Under the pieces are notes generated by a model. That model saw only the letters and a list, made by a program, of their open reading frames with translations. It made no database searches and was not told the origin of the DNA. Below are positions 50,959 to 62,600 of a stretch of DNA of 64,000 nucleotides, in pieces; position 1 is the first letter of the stretch; every line of letters begins with the position of its first letter. Source of the DNA: Balamuthia mandrillaris. Taxonomy: Eukaryota. A program made the translations under genes and the position numbers. The stretch spans positions 62,001 to 126,000 of the forward strand of contig JAVKOQ020000019.1 in assembly GCA_031835245.2 (NCBI GenBank), given 5' to 3'.

Positions 50959-51991
50959 GTGCTGGCTTCTTCTTCTTCTTCTTTATGTGTGTGCGTGTGT
51001 GTGAGTGGATTGGGGGTGTTGCCTCTATCAGCGCCACCACACTACCGGCTAGCTGCTTACCCCTTGGGTTTTCGCTACGTTTTTTTTTTTTGGTGTGTTT
51101 GTCAAAGCTGCCTTGCCGCTACGCTTTGTTGAGGGGTCGTTTTTGGGAAGGAGAAGCGTGGGTGGCTGACGGATGATGGGCTTGTCGTTTTTGTCACAAA
51201 AAATTGTGTGTGTTTTTTTGAAGGTGAAGTGAAGGGAAAAAGTATGAGGTGGAGGCTTGAGAGTGGAGCCTCAACAGCTACAAACAAACGGAATAATCTT
51301 GCTCGTCTCTTCCTTTCCTTCGTTCCTCTCCGCTGTTCCTTACTTTTTTTTTGTTGCCCACCCATTCCTCAGATGTGCAGCCTTGGTGCAGAGATATTTG
51401 TCCATCTGTGAACGAATCGAGCACCATTCTTCGTCTTCGGTTCGAATCCCATCGGATACCATGAACTTTTCTTTGGTCCACACAAAAAAAAACCTCTCTC
51501 TCGTAGCTTACATAACCTATTAGGATGACGTCAGCAGTGATCGCTTGAAAATGTTTCGTTGGGATTTCAACCCGCCTTACACCGAAATTTCAATAGTTAA
51601 CCGACAGCAAAACCGAAGCAGACTTCTCTCTCTTTTTTTTTGTTTTGGGTTTTGTGCTACTCTCTCCTTTCTCCCTTATTTTTCCAGCAGGAAAACAAGG
51701 AAAAGAGAGAGAAGAAGGAAACACAAAAAGAAGAACAGTTTTTTTTTTCCTTTTGCTTTTTTTTTAACTACAGTTTTTTTGTTCAAAACAACAAAAAGGT
51801 ATTTTTTTTTAAGGGGGGGGGGACGCTTTTTCACACACAAGGAACTTATTTTTTTGTGTTGTGTGTGTTTGGCCAGACAGACGAGACATAGACAAGTTTG
51901 TCAATCTTCACCCATTTCAAACGAGAGACAGAAGCAGAACAAGAAGAACAAAGAGTAGAGGGAATTTTTTGAAGATTAGAGAACACAGACA

Positions 51992-52220
51992 ATGCCAGGA
52001 ATAATCTACGCGGCGGTGGCTGAGGGGGACTCCACTGTGGCGGACCATGGCACGGACCAGGCCACTGGCAAGGTGAAGAGCTTGGTGGACGTTATCCTGG
52101 ACCGTATTTCCACCGGATCTGACCACAAGAAGTCGTACCACCATGAAGGGTAAGCTTCTTTGCTTGGCTTGTCCCTCTGTCCCTCCTATTATTTCCTTCG
52201 TTTTTCTTCCCCTGTTTTGT

Positions 52221-52267
<47 letters not shown>

Positions 52268-53055
52268 GCTCTTCTTTTCTTCGTGTCTGCGTTCTGACAA
52301 ACTCTCGCTCTTCTCTCTGCGCCATCATGCAAAAATCAGATATTCTTTCAACTACATTGTGGAGAACGAAGTGGTGTACCTTTGTGTGGCTGACGTGAGC
52401 TTCCAGACAAGGATTGCATTTGCTTTTCTCACCAAGATCAAGCAGAGATATGACGGTGGAGACGACTTTGGCGAGGTTATTGCAGAGGAAATGGTTTGAC
52501 TCTCTGCAATTATTTCGTTTGGGACTTGGTCCTGTTGCTAATACGCTCTCTCCTCTTTGTGGCAACAGGCTTTCTATAACAACAATCCTTCGGCTGATAA
52601 GATTAAGAATATCCAAGCTAGCGTAGACAAGGTTCAGGACATCATGATGGAAAACATAGGTATTTCTTTCTTTTCCTTTCTTCCTTTCTTCCTTCTTCTT
52701 TTTCCTTCTTCCAGCGTGGTCATTCCTTACTTAATGTACTTCCATTTTATCAGAGAATGTATTAAGACGTGGAGAGAAGATCGAGGACGTATTGGATAGG
52801 ACAGACCGAATGCAAGTAGAGGCTGGAACCTTCCGAAAGGGAGCTGTTAAGCTGAAGAAGAAACTGTGGTGGAAGAACGTGAAGCTCAACATTTGCATCC
52901 TTGTCATCCTCATCGTACGCATTTTCCTCCCTCCTTGTTACTACTACCATATTCCTGTGCGCTCTTTTCTCACTTTTCTCCCTTCTTTTTAGATCTTGAT
53001 CTTCTTCATTGTTGTTTTGGCTTGCGGTGGATTTACCTTTGAGGACTGCAAGTAA
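51992..53055 (+). CDS. VAMP7: Longin-domain R-SNARE (VAMP7-like), 5 exons
   Basis: IIYAAVA..., YLCVAD..F.TRIAFAFL..IK, DKVQDIMMENI|ENVLRRGEKIE, FRKGAVKLKKKLWWKNVK plus a C-terminal TM. Confidence 0.92.
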
Positions 53056-53279
53056 TCGTGGTCAATAGCCATTCGACACGAACTGACAAACTCCAAACAG
53101 GACCAAAGCCTTTTGTCTCCTTTCTTCTTTTGTTTTTATTTTTTTGCTTCTGGTTGTCTCTCCCCTTTTAGATTGTTAAGCTCTCGATTTGAACTTTGCT
53201 GTAAACAGTTGTTGTTCTTTTTAAACAACATTTCTTTCTCTCTCCTCCCTTGCCTCTCTCTCTTTTTCACGTCGAAAGC

Positions 53280-53719
53280 TTATTTTTCAGCAGTGGCATA
53301 AAGCAGAGGAAAACGAGCTCCTTCAAAGGGATCTCCATCCTTGACAAACGGTCCCATGTCCACCGCGTTGTGATGCCACCCAAATCCAGAGCGATAGCAA
53401 CAGCCCTTCCCCATCATGTGCACCGCTATGGCCAGCCTGGGCTCGTTGCGAAGGTTTGCGCCACTCCCATGGAAAGTGAGCGAGTGATGAAAAGCAACCT
53501 AAAGATTGTCGTTTTGCCAGTGGAATGAATGAGAGAAGAAAGGTAAACAAAGGAGGATGAGGAACGAACCTGGCCAGCTTTCATGATGCAAGGCTCGTCC
53601 TGCCATTCATCTCCGAAACGAGCAAAGTTTTCCTTTAGCTTGTCCATATCTTTCTCAAAGAAGGTTGCCGAGTCGGGCACAAGACCCCATTTGTGCGACC
53701 TGCAAGGGAGAGGCACAGA

Positions 53720-53751
<32 letters not shown>

Positions 53752-54743
53752 TGAGCATGGAGAGGAAAGGACGAAGTGAAGACGAGAGTAGCAAAGCCAG
53801 AGGCACTGAGAAGGAGATAAAACAGAAAAGAGAGAAAGAGGAGACGAAAGAAGAGCCCAGAGGACAGAGGAAAGGGGGAGGAGAAGTACCCAGCGATGGT
53901 TCTCAGGCCGCCGTTGGACAGGTCTGTGTCCTGGAGAGCGATCCATGCGGTGCACATGTTGGTGCTGTCCGATATTTGCCAAAAAGCATAATCCTGGTGC
54001 CATCCTATGTTTCCAGCTGTAGAGGCAGCGCTCTCACCTTCCCCTTCGCGAACGCCAGGTTTCCATATCGCCTTTTTCAGACTATGAGTGAATTGATGCG
54101 TACCTTCCCTTGAGCCTCTTCTTCGTTTCTCTTCTATTTGTCCTCTTCACTCATCCTCTCTCATTCCTCCCTATTCACTCTTCTCTCGCTTCTCTGCTTC
54201 GCTTTTTCTGTCTTTAAACTTACTTGATCATGCCAAAGGCGCACCTCAGTCGTTTCCAACAAAGCAGCAGCCACTCGACCGATGGCCGGGGAGGTAACGA
54301 CCTGCCGTAACGCGAGGTTGTTCCACCACGCGTTGTTGATCTTTCGAACATCAGGCGAGTCCTCCTTGTGTTTGCGCACCGAGCGCAGCCAGTACTGGTA
54401 TTCATAGGGAGGGGCGGCCGTATCCAGCTCGCCATGAAAGACGCGGTCGACCTCTTGACGAAGGCAGGCTATGTCCTGGTCCTCCAGCATCTTTGGCCCG
54501 ACCCAGTATCCTCTTTCTTTAAAGGTAGCCACATCTTCGGCAGTTGCTTTTTGTTGTTTGACGAAGAGACACCCTGAGTTACTTCTACTTAAAACGTTAT
54601 GCAGAAAAGAGAGAAAGAAAGGGGATACGTGTAACGTCAATGAGCCGTATGACGGGTCGCGATCCCTCGTTTGAGAAGGAAGGCTTGGGCAAAGGGGACC
54701 AGGTGGCGGACCACCCTGCCTCTGGGGTCCTGCTCTGCTCCAT
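53280..54743 (-). CDS. Phytanoyl-CoA dioxygenase (PhyH) family 2OG-Fe(II) oxygenase, multi-exon
   Basis: EDVATFKERGYW, EVRLWHDQ, GWHQDYAFW, MCTAWIALQDTDLSNGGL..I.GSHKWG, MKAGQ, H.LTFHGS..N.....R. Spliced start ATG at 54743 (MEQSRTPE...). Confidence 0.88.
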
Positions 54744-54905
54744 TTGGCTATGTGGGGAAGTGGTGGTGTTGGCTGCTGCTGTCGACGTAAAAAGCAGTTG
54801 CCCATCCCCCGGAAAACTTTCTTGGAAAAGTTTGCAACAGTGCACTCTCACAGCCCATTCTCCCTTTGTGGAGAGCAAGAGAGTTAAGAGAGCCTCAAAG
54901 AGAAG

Positions 54906-55739
54906 ATGCAACAAACCCAAATAACTGCCTTTATCTCTCGCTCTCCCACCAAAAGAAGGAAAGAGCAAGAGGAGAGCGATGAAGCACAAGCCTCGGAGCA
55001 GAAGAGGCCCAAGAACAAGGAGGAGGCGGTGAAGCGCAGTTCCACCAAGAGCCGTCGCAAAGGCAAAGAAATAGTTTCAGAGGAAGTGGAAGAAGAAACC
55101 GAAAACGAACCGTCACAGACTTCCTCCTCTTCCACCACCGCCAATGCCATAAAACCAACCTTTCAACGCAAAGAAATAAGCGAGGGCTGCTTTGTTAGCT
55201 TCTGCCCTAACTACCTCAACCCCTCCGAGGCCTCGGAGCTCTTTCAAGAGCTCCTCCAGCTGCCCAACTTCATCCAGGGGCAGTTCAAGATGTTTGGCAA
55301 ACCCGTCAAGACGCCCCGCATGCAGTCCTGGATGTCCGACCCCGAGCTGACCGCCAGCCTCTACCAGCGGCAACCCGCCCTGCCATGGTCCCCCCGGCTG
55401 GCCAAGCTGAGGGATGAAATGGGGGCGCTCTGCGGAGGGTGTCACTTTGACTACGTGCTCATCAACCTGTACCGAGACGGAAGGGACTACATCGGCTTTC
55501 ATGCGGACAAGGAGGCCATCCCGGAGGGGAAGAACAAGATAGCCTCGCTGTCCCTGGGAGAGCCACGGCGGTTCCTGATGCGGCGGTACAAGGAGAAGAA
55601 GGCCTCCCTGGAGTACCTGTTGACCCCAGGCAGCGTTATTTTGATGGAGGGCGAGACGCAGCGCCACTGGAAGCACAGCGTGCCGAAAGAGCCCAAGCGC
55701 ACGCGGCCTCGCATTAACCTCACCTTTCGCATCGCGTAG
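54906..55739 (+). CDS. AlkB-family 2OG-Fe(II) dioxygenase (ALKBH2/3-like DNA repair demethylase), intronless
   Basis: KMFGK...PRMQSW, VLINLYRDGRDYIGFHADKE, IASLSLGEPRRF, GSVILMEGETQRHWKHSVPK, RINLTFR. Confidence 0.93.
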   Translation: MQQTQITAFISRSPTKRRKEQEESDEAQASEQKRPKNKEEAVKRSSTKSRRKGKEIVSEEVEEETENEPSQTSSSSTTANAIKPTFQRKEISEGCFVSFCPNYLNPSEASELFQELLQLPNFIQGQFKMFGKPVKTPRMQSWMSDPELTASLYQRQPALPWSPRLAKLRDEMGALCGGCHFDYVLINLYRDGRDYIGFHADKEAIPEGKNKIASLSLGEPRRFLMRRYKEKKASLEYLLTPGSVILMEGETQRHWKHSVPKEPKRTRPRINLTFRIA

Positions 55740-55794
55740 GGACAGAGCGAATGTACAGCAATAAAATGGGTCTGCCCTAACCAAGTACAGCAGA

Positions 55795-55935
55795 GCTCAG
55801 AGCTGTGATCTCTATCTGAAAGTTTCAAACCACCAATCAAAAATCAAAACATAGGCTGAACTTACCATAAAAAGGCTATGCTATATTTGTCTCAAGCAGA
55901 GATCTTCCACGTCGACAAAAATGTATTGCTCCTCT
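55795..55935 (-). repeat. Dispersed ~140-bp intergenic repeat, copy 2 (inverted relative to copy 1)
   Basis: Reverse complement of 35168-35326, with small indels. Confidence 0.85.
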
Positions 55936-56675
55936 TTGTCGGAAAGAAAAAAAAAACGTACGAACAAGCAAGAGCGAAAAGAAAAGGCCCTCTTTGTGGT
56001 TGCTATTTTTTGTTTCTTTCTTGTTCTTATTGTCTTTCCGTAGCACCAAAAGCGCTCATTGCGAGGGGAAGGGTGGGTGTGTGAAGGGGCAGGAGCGTTG
56101 ATGGACAGTTAAGCCTTTAAGGTTTTACATATCCGGTTTTCGCTTTTAATTTGCTTTGGGCCTCTCTGCGTTTCGCCACCATGACAACACGCGCGTAAGC
56201 TTCCTTCCCCTTTGGTCTCTTTTTTATAAGCTTCGTTCATCTTTTTTTTTTTGGCCACAACGCCGCAGGGAGGGTCTGCCGTATCGTCATGGTCTGAGTG
56301 CACTATGTCGACAAAATTTCCAAAAAGCGAATGCTTGGTGTCCGTTGGTGGAACAGAGCAACTCCGCACAAAGCAAAAAAAAAAAAGGGTTTTTGTTTTT
56401 CGGCCCATTTGATTGGTGGAACGGATGGGATTAACCAACCGCAGCAAAGCTCAGGTTCGCTTGTCAGCTTTTTTTTTTTTTTGGTGCAGAGCAGATCATT
56501 TCACGTCTATAAAAGGGATCCTTGTTTTTTTTTTTTCTTTGGGGCTCTTCGGCAAAGATAACTAAATTCGTGTCTGTGCAGGCACTACGGTTTGGTTGGT
56601 TTTCATTTTTTTTTTTCAGAGGGGCTTTTTGCGAGCAAGTGCTTCACCTTGTACACACAAAACACGCGCCTACCA

Positions 56676-59600
56676 ATGAACGCGTCGTCGTTTTTGTTGT
56701 CCTTGCTGTTTTCGCTAGTGGTCGGCGGCTGTTTGGCAGCGACGCCGGCGTGCAGGTTCACTCCCGAGGCGGATGACTTTGTGATATATCACCAAGAAAG
56801 TGATTCGGAGACCCTTCGCTTGACCCACAACGGCACGCTCTATGCCTGTGGAGCGCGTGACCTGTGCGAGCTCTTCGAGGACCCTGTCATCTGGTTGTTG
56901 GAGGGCACCGCCGGAGTGTATCGCCCCCACAACGGTTCGCTGTTGGTGCCGGCTTCGTTTGATAACCTCAACAACGACTTTGATGGGCTGACTCACGTGG
57001 CTCCCGCTGAAGGACCTGGTGCTTCACCTCCTCCCCCTTCCTTTGTTGTTGTTTTCCGCCACGCTTACCAACTCGAAACAAAAGGAGCACGCTTGGTGTT
57101 TTGGGGCAGCAGAGCAGCGTTCAGAGCGGGTGTGGTGAGCGGCGAGCAATGGAACGCTGACAATGTGGGAGAGGGCTCCGCGGCCTTCGGCTTGGACACC
57201 ACTGCCTTTGGCAGCGGGTCTCTCGCCTATGGCGTTTGTAAGTCCATTGCTTCTCTCTTATTATGTTGATGATTAACCCTTCTTTCTTTATTGTTGCTCG
57301 ATGCAAGCCTCGGAGTCAAATATAACCTCTTATGGAGGCGGATCCCTGGCTGGCGGTTTCGGTTTGTCATTCTCTTTCTCGCTCGCTCTCTTGCTTTCAA
57401 CTTTCAAGTTAACCTCTCTGCTGCCAATTGTGAAAACAGTGCTAACAGGGGCTAGCATCTCCGCCTCAGGGGCGGGTTCTTTCGCTCATGGTCAAGGTTG
57501 TTTTTTTTTCTTTGCTTTTTTCTGCCTTTAGCTGAATCCCTTTTTTTATTTTGCTTCCTCGTTCCTTATTCTTTGTCTTGTTCTGCTGTGACTGTTTACA
57601 TAGGCGACTCCTTGGGCAGCGTTGAAGCCGTGGGTGTCGGCTCAACAGCTGTTGGCCATGGTATTCCTCTCTTCATTTTCTTGTTTGTTTTAGTTCTGTT
57701 CTAATGCTGAAGCTTGTGTCTTACCTGCAGTCTCTGGAGGAGATATACACGCTATTGCCCCTGGGTCACTTGTTGGTGGATCTGGTAAGTTCGCGCCTCC
57801 TCTTCTCCCACTCCATTGCTTCTATAACCAAACCTCCCTTGAATTGTTACCATTTTGAACTAACAATACAAAAACAACAATAAACAGCCAGCGGCAGTTC
57901 CCGCGTATCAACCACTGGCCCAGGTTCCATTGCCTATGGCGAAGGTTTGTGTTCTCCCTCCAACTTATCTGCTTTTTTTGTGCCAACCGTTGGTGTGGTT
58001 CTTTAGCACACACCGGGGGATCAATCAGCGCTAAGAGTCCTGGCGCAGTTGCATTTGGACAAGGTACCTTATTCCAACCGTACAACGCTCTATAAAAGCC
58101 ATTTGCACGCGTTGTATTAATTTTCTGCTGTTTCATAGCCTCCAACTCAAACATTACAGCGGAGGGTTCTGGTGCTTTCGCAATCGGAGCAGGTTTCAAT
58201 CTCTCTCTCCTCCTTTGACATGTTTATCTTTTCTTGTTTATCTCTCTCTCTCTCTCTCTCTCTCTCCCGCTCTCCCTCTTCCTCATTTAACTTTCGACTG
58301 ATGATGACACATGCAGCAATTGAGGGAGAGATCAGGGCGGTAGCATCGGGTGCAATGGCAGGAGGTTATGGTAAGCAGCCTTGTCCCTTCTTTCTCTTCG
58401 GAACATCGAATGCATAGTCTTTACAATCTTTGTTCCTGCTTCTCTTCCACTTTGGTAGCTCAAGGTAATACAAGCGAGATCATGGCTAGTGGTTCTGGTG
58501 CCATTGCGTTTGGTTATGGTGCTTACTCCTCTTATTCCTTCTTCTCCTTCGCCTCTTCCACCTTGTACTTTGGCTGATGATGACATTCAGCGAATGAGGG
58601 AGCTATCAGTGCACTTTCAGCGGGTACACTGGCCGGAGGTTATGGTAAGCAGCTCTGCCCTTCCTCTTCTTTCTCTTCGGAGCATCACATGCACGGTTTT
58701 ACAATCTTTGTTCCTGCTTCTCTTCCACTTTTGCAGCTCAAGGTGACAGCGAGATCACGACTAGTAGTTCTGGTTCCATTGCTTTTGGTTATGGTGTTTA
58801 GCCCTCTCCCTGTTCAACTTATCTTATTTACTCCTCTACCTCCTCCCTGTCCTCCTTGTGCTTTGACTGATGATGCGCATTCAGCGAATGATGGAGATAT
58901 CATGGCGGTTGCACCAGGTGCACTGGTGGGAGGATTAGGTAAGCAGCCTTGTCCCTTCTTCCTCTTCGGAACATCACATGCACGGTCCTTTACACTCTTT
59001 CTTCCTGCTTCTCTTCCACTTTTACAGCTGAAGCTGGCAGCACGATCTTTGGTGCTGGTGCAGGAGCTATTGCATTTGGTTATGGTGCTTACTCAACTTC
59101 CTCCCCTCGTTTTTCTACTCCTCTTGTTCCGCCTTCCCTTCTTCCTCTTGCAACTTTTGGCTGATGATGACACATGCAGCAAATAATGGAGATATCATGG
59201 CGGTTGCATCAGGTGCACTGGTAGGAGGTTATGGTAAGCAGCCTTGTCCCTTCTTCCTCTTCGGAACATCACATGCACGGTCTTTTACACTCTTTCTTCC
59301 TGCTTCTCTTCCACTTTGGCAGCTCAAAGTGACGGCGAGATCATGGCTTCTAATTCCGGTGCCATTGCGTTTGGTTATGGTGCTTGCCCCTCTTCCTCCT
59401 CTCTTTTTTTTTTGCTGCTCCTCTTGGAATATTAAATGCACACCCCTCTTCAATCTTTGTTCCCACTCTTGCAGCTGAAGGTAACACAGGCCAAATCACG
59501 GCTGCTGGCGCAGGTTCCAGTGTGTTTGGTTATGGTGCTTACTCCTCTTCCTCCCCTCTTTTTTCTGCCTTCTTATTCCTTCTGCTGCATCTCCTTTTGA

Positions 59601-62600
59601 CTGATGATGTCACATGCAGCGTATGAGGGAGCTATCAGGGCGGTTTCATCAGGTGCACTGGCAGGAGGTTATGGTAAGCAGCCTTGTCCCTTCTCCCTCT
59701 TCGGAACATCACATGCACAGTCTTTTACACTCTGTGTTCCTGCTTCTCTTCCACTTTTGCAGCTCAAGGTGACAGCGAGATCTCGGCTAGTGGTTCTGGC
59801 GCCAGTGCATTTGGTTATGGTGCTTACTCCTCTCCCTCCTCTCCTTTTTGTTGTGCTCCTCTTGGAATCATAAACTCACCCTCCTTTTCAATCTTTGTTC
59901 CCACCCACTCTTGCAGCTCAAGGTAGTACTGGCGAGATCCTGGCTTCTGGTACAGGTGCCAGTGCGTTTGGTTATGGTGCTTACTCCTCTCTTATTTCTG
60001 CTCCTTTTGTTCCTTCTGCTCCTCTCCCTCTGCTTCCGTCACATTTTGGCTGATGATGACACATGCAGCAAGTGATGGAGCTATCAGGGCGGTTTCATCG
60101 GGTGCAATGACAGGAGGTTATGGTAAGCAGCCTTGTCCCTTCTTCCTCTTCGGAACATCACATGCACGGTCTTTTACACTCTGTGTTCCTGCTTCTCTTC
60201 CACTTTTGCAGCTCAAGGTGACAGCGAGATCACAGCTAGTGGTTCTGGCGCCATCGCGTTTGGTTATGGTGCTTGCTCCTCCCCACTTCAACTTTGCTTA
60301 TCTGCTTCTCTTTCTCCTCCCTCTCCTCCTCTGTCACATTTTGGCTGATGAAGACATATGCAGCAAATGATGGAGATATCACGGCAGTTTCATCGGGTGC
60401 ACTGGCAGGAGGTTATGGTAAGCAGCCTTGCCCCTTCTTCCTCTTTGGAACATCACATGCACAGTCTTTTACACTCTGTGTTCCTGCTTCTCTTCCACTT
60501 TTGCAGCTCAAGGTGACAGCGAGATCTCGGCTAGTGGTTCTGGCGCCAGTGCATTTGGTTATGGTGCTTACTCCTCTCCCTCCTCTCCTTTTTGTTGTGC
60601 TCCTCTTGGAATCATAAACTCACCCTCCTTTTCAATCTTTGTTCCCACCCACTCTTGCAGCTCAAGGTAGTACTGGCGAGATCCTGGCTTCTGGTACAGG
60701 TGCCAGTGCGTTTGGTTATGGTGCTTACTCCTCTCTTATTTCTGCTCCTTTTGTTCCTTCCTGCTCCTCCTCCTCTTCTTCCGTCACCTTTTGGCTGATG
60801 AAGACATGCAGCGAATGAGGGAGCTATCAGGGCGGTTTCATCGGGTGCACTGGCAGGAGGTTATGGTAAGCAGCCTTGTCCCTTCTTTCTCTTCGGAACA
60901 TCGCATGCACGGTCTTTTACAATCTTTCTTCCTGCTTCTCTTCCACTTTTGCAGCTCAAGGTGACAGCGAGATCTCGGCTAGTGGTTCTGGCGCCAGTGC
61001 GTTTGGTTTTGGTGCTTACTCCTCTTCCTCTCCTCTCTTTTTGTTGTGCTTCTCCTCTTGGAATCATAAACTCACCCTCCTTTTCAATCTTTGTTCCCAC
61101 TCTTGCAGCTCAAGGTAGTACTGGCGAGATCCTGGCTGCTGGTACAGGTGCCAGTGCGTTTGGTTTTGGTGCTTACTCCCCTTCCTCCTCTCCTTTTTTA
61201 TGCTCCTCTCCTACCCTTCTTCCTCCGTCACCTTTTGGCTGATGACACATGCAGCGAATGATGGACCTATCAGGGCGGTTTCATCGGGTGCACTGGCAGG
61301 AGGTTATGGTAAGCAGCCTTGTCCCTTCTTCCTCTTTGGAGCATCACATGCACGGTCTTTTACACTCTTTCTTCCTGCTTCTCTTCCACTTTGGCAGCTC
61401 TAGGTAATACAAGCGAGATCATAGCTTCTGGTGCAGGTGCCAGTGCGTTTGGTTTTGGTGCTTACTCCTCTTCCTCCTCTCCTCTTCACTTCAACTTATT
61501 TTGTTTACTCCTCTACCTCCTTCCTCTCTTCCTCCTTCACCTTTTGACTGATGATGACACATGCAGCGAATGAGGGCGAGATCAGGGCGGTTTCATCGGG
61601 TGCACTAGCAGGAGGTTTAGGTAAGCAGCCTTGTCCCTTCTTCCTCTTCGGAACATCACATGCACGGTCCTTTACACTCTTTGTTTCTGCTTCTCTCCCA
61701 CTTTGGCAGCTCAAGGTGACAGCGAGATCATGGCTAGTGGTTCTGGCGCCAGTGCGTTTGGTTTTGGTGCTTACTCCTCTTCCTCTCCTCTCTTTTTGCT
61801 GTGCTTCTCCTCTTGGAATCATAAACTCACCTCCTTTTCAATCTTTGTTCCCACTCTTGCAGCTCAAGGTAGTACTGGCGAGATCCTGGCTGCTGGTACA
61901 GGTGCCAGTGCGTTTGGTTTTGGTGCTTACTCCGCTTCCTCTTCCCTCTTTTTTATGCTCCTCTTCCTCCTCCCTCTCTTTCTCATTCACCTTTTGGCTG
62001 ATGATGACACATGCAGCGAATGACGGCGAGATCATGGCGGTTTCATCAGGTGCACTGGCAGGAGGTTATGGTAAGCAGCCTTGTCCCTTCTTCCTCTTTG
62101 GAGCATCACATGCACGGTCTCTTACAATCTTTGTTCTTGATACTCTTCCACTTTGGCAGCCCAAGGTAATACTGGCGAGATCCTTGCTGCTGGTACAGGT
62201 GCCAGTGCGTTTGGCTATGGTGCTTACTCCTCTTCCCCTTCTCCTTTTCTGCTCCTCTTCCTCTTCCCCCTCTTTCTCCCTCACCTTTTGGCTGATGACA
62301 CATGCAGCAAATGATGGAGCTATCACGGCAGTTGCAACAGGTACACTGGCCGGAGGTTATGGTAAGCAGCCCAGTCATTCCCTTTATCCTTTCGATCATC
62401 GAATGCACGGTCTTTTACACTCTGTGTTCCTGCTTCTCTTCCACTCTTGCAGCCCAAGGTAATACAAGCGAGATCATGGCTTCTGGTGCAGGTGCCAGTG
62501 CATTTGGTTTTGGTGCTTACTCCATTTCCTCCTCTCCTCTTCCTCCTCCCCCTCTTTCTCCCTCACCCTTTTGGCTGATGATGACACATGCAGCGAATGA

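Noticed and set aside
54744..54805. PhyH start at 54805 (MGNCFLRR...)
   Set aside because: That ORF reads through a pyrimidine-rich intron. ATG 54743 with splice ACA C|gt...ag|CA ACT gives a cleaner model.
61551..62462. 303-aa ORF and the many short ORFs in the array
   Set aside because: They are read-throughs of intron-exon units; the coherent product appears only after splicing.
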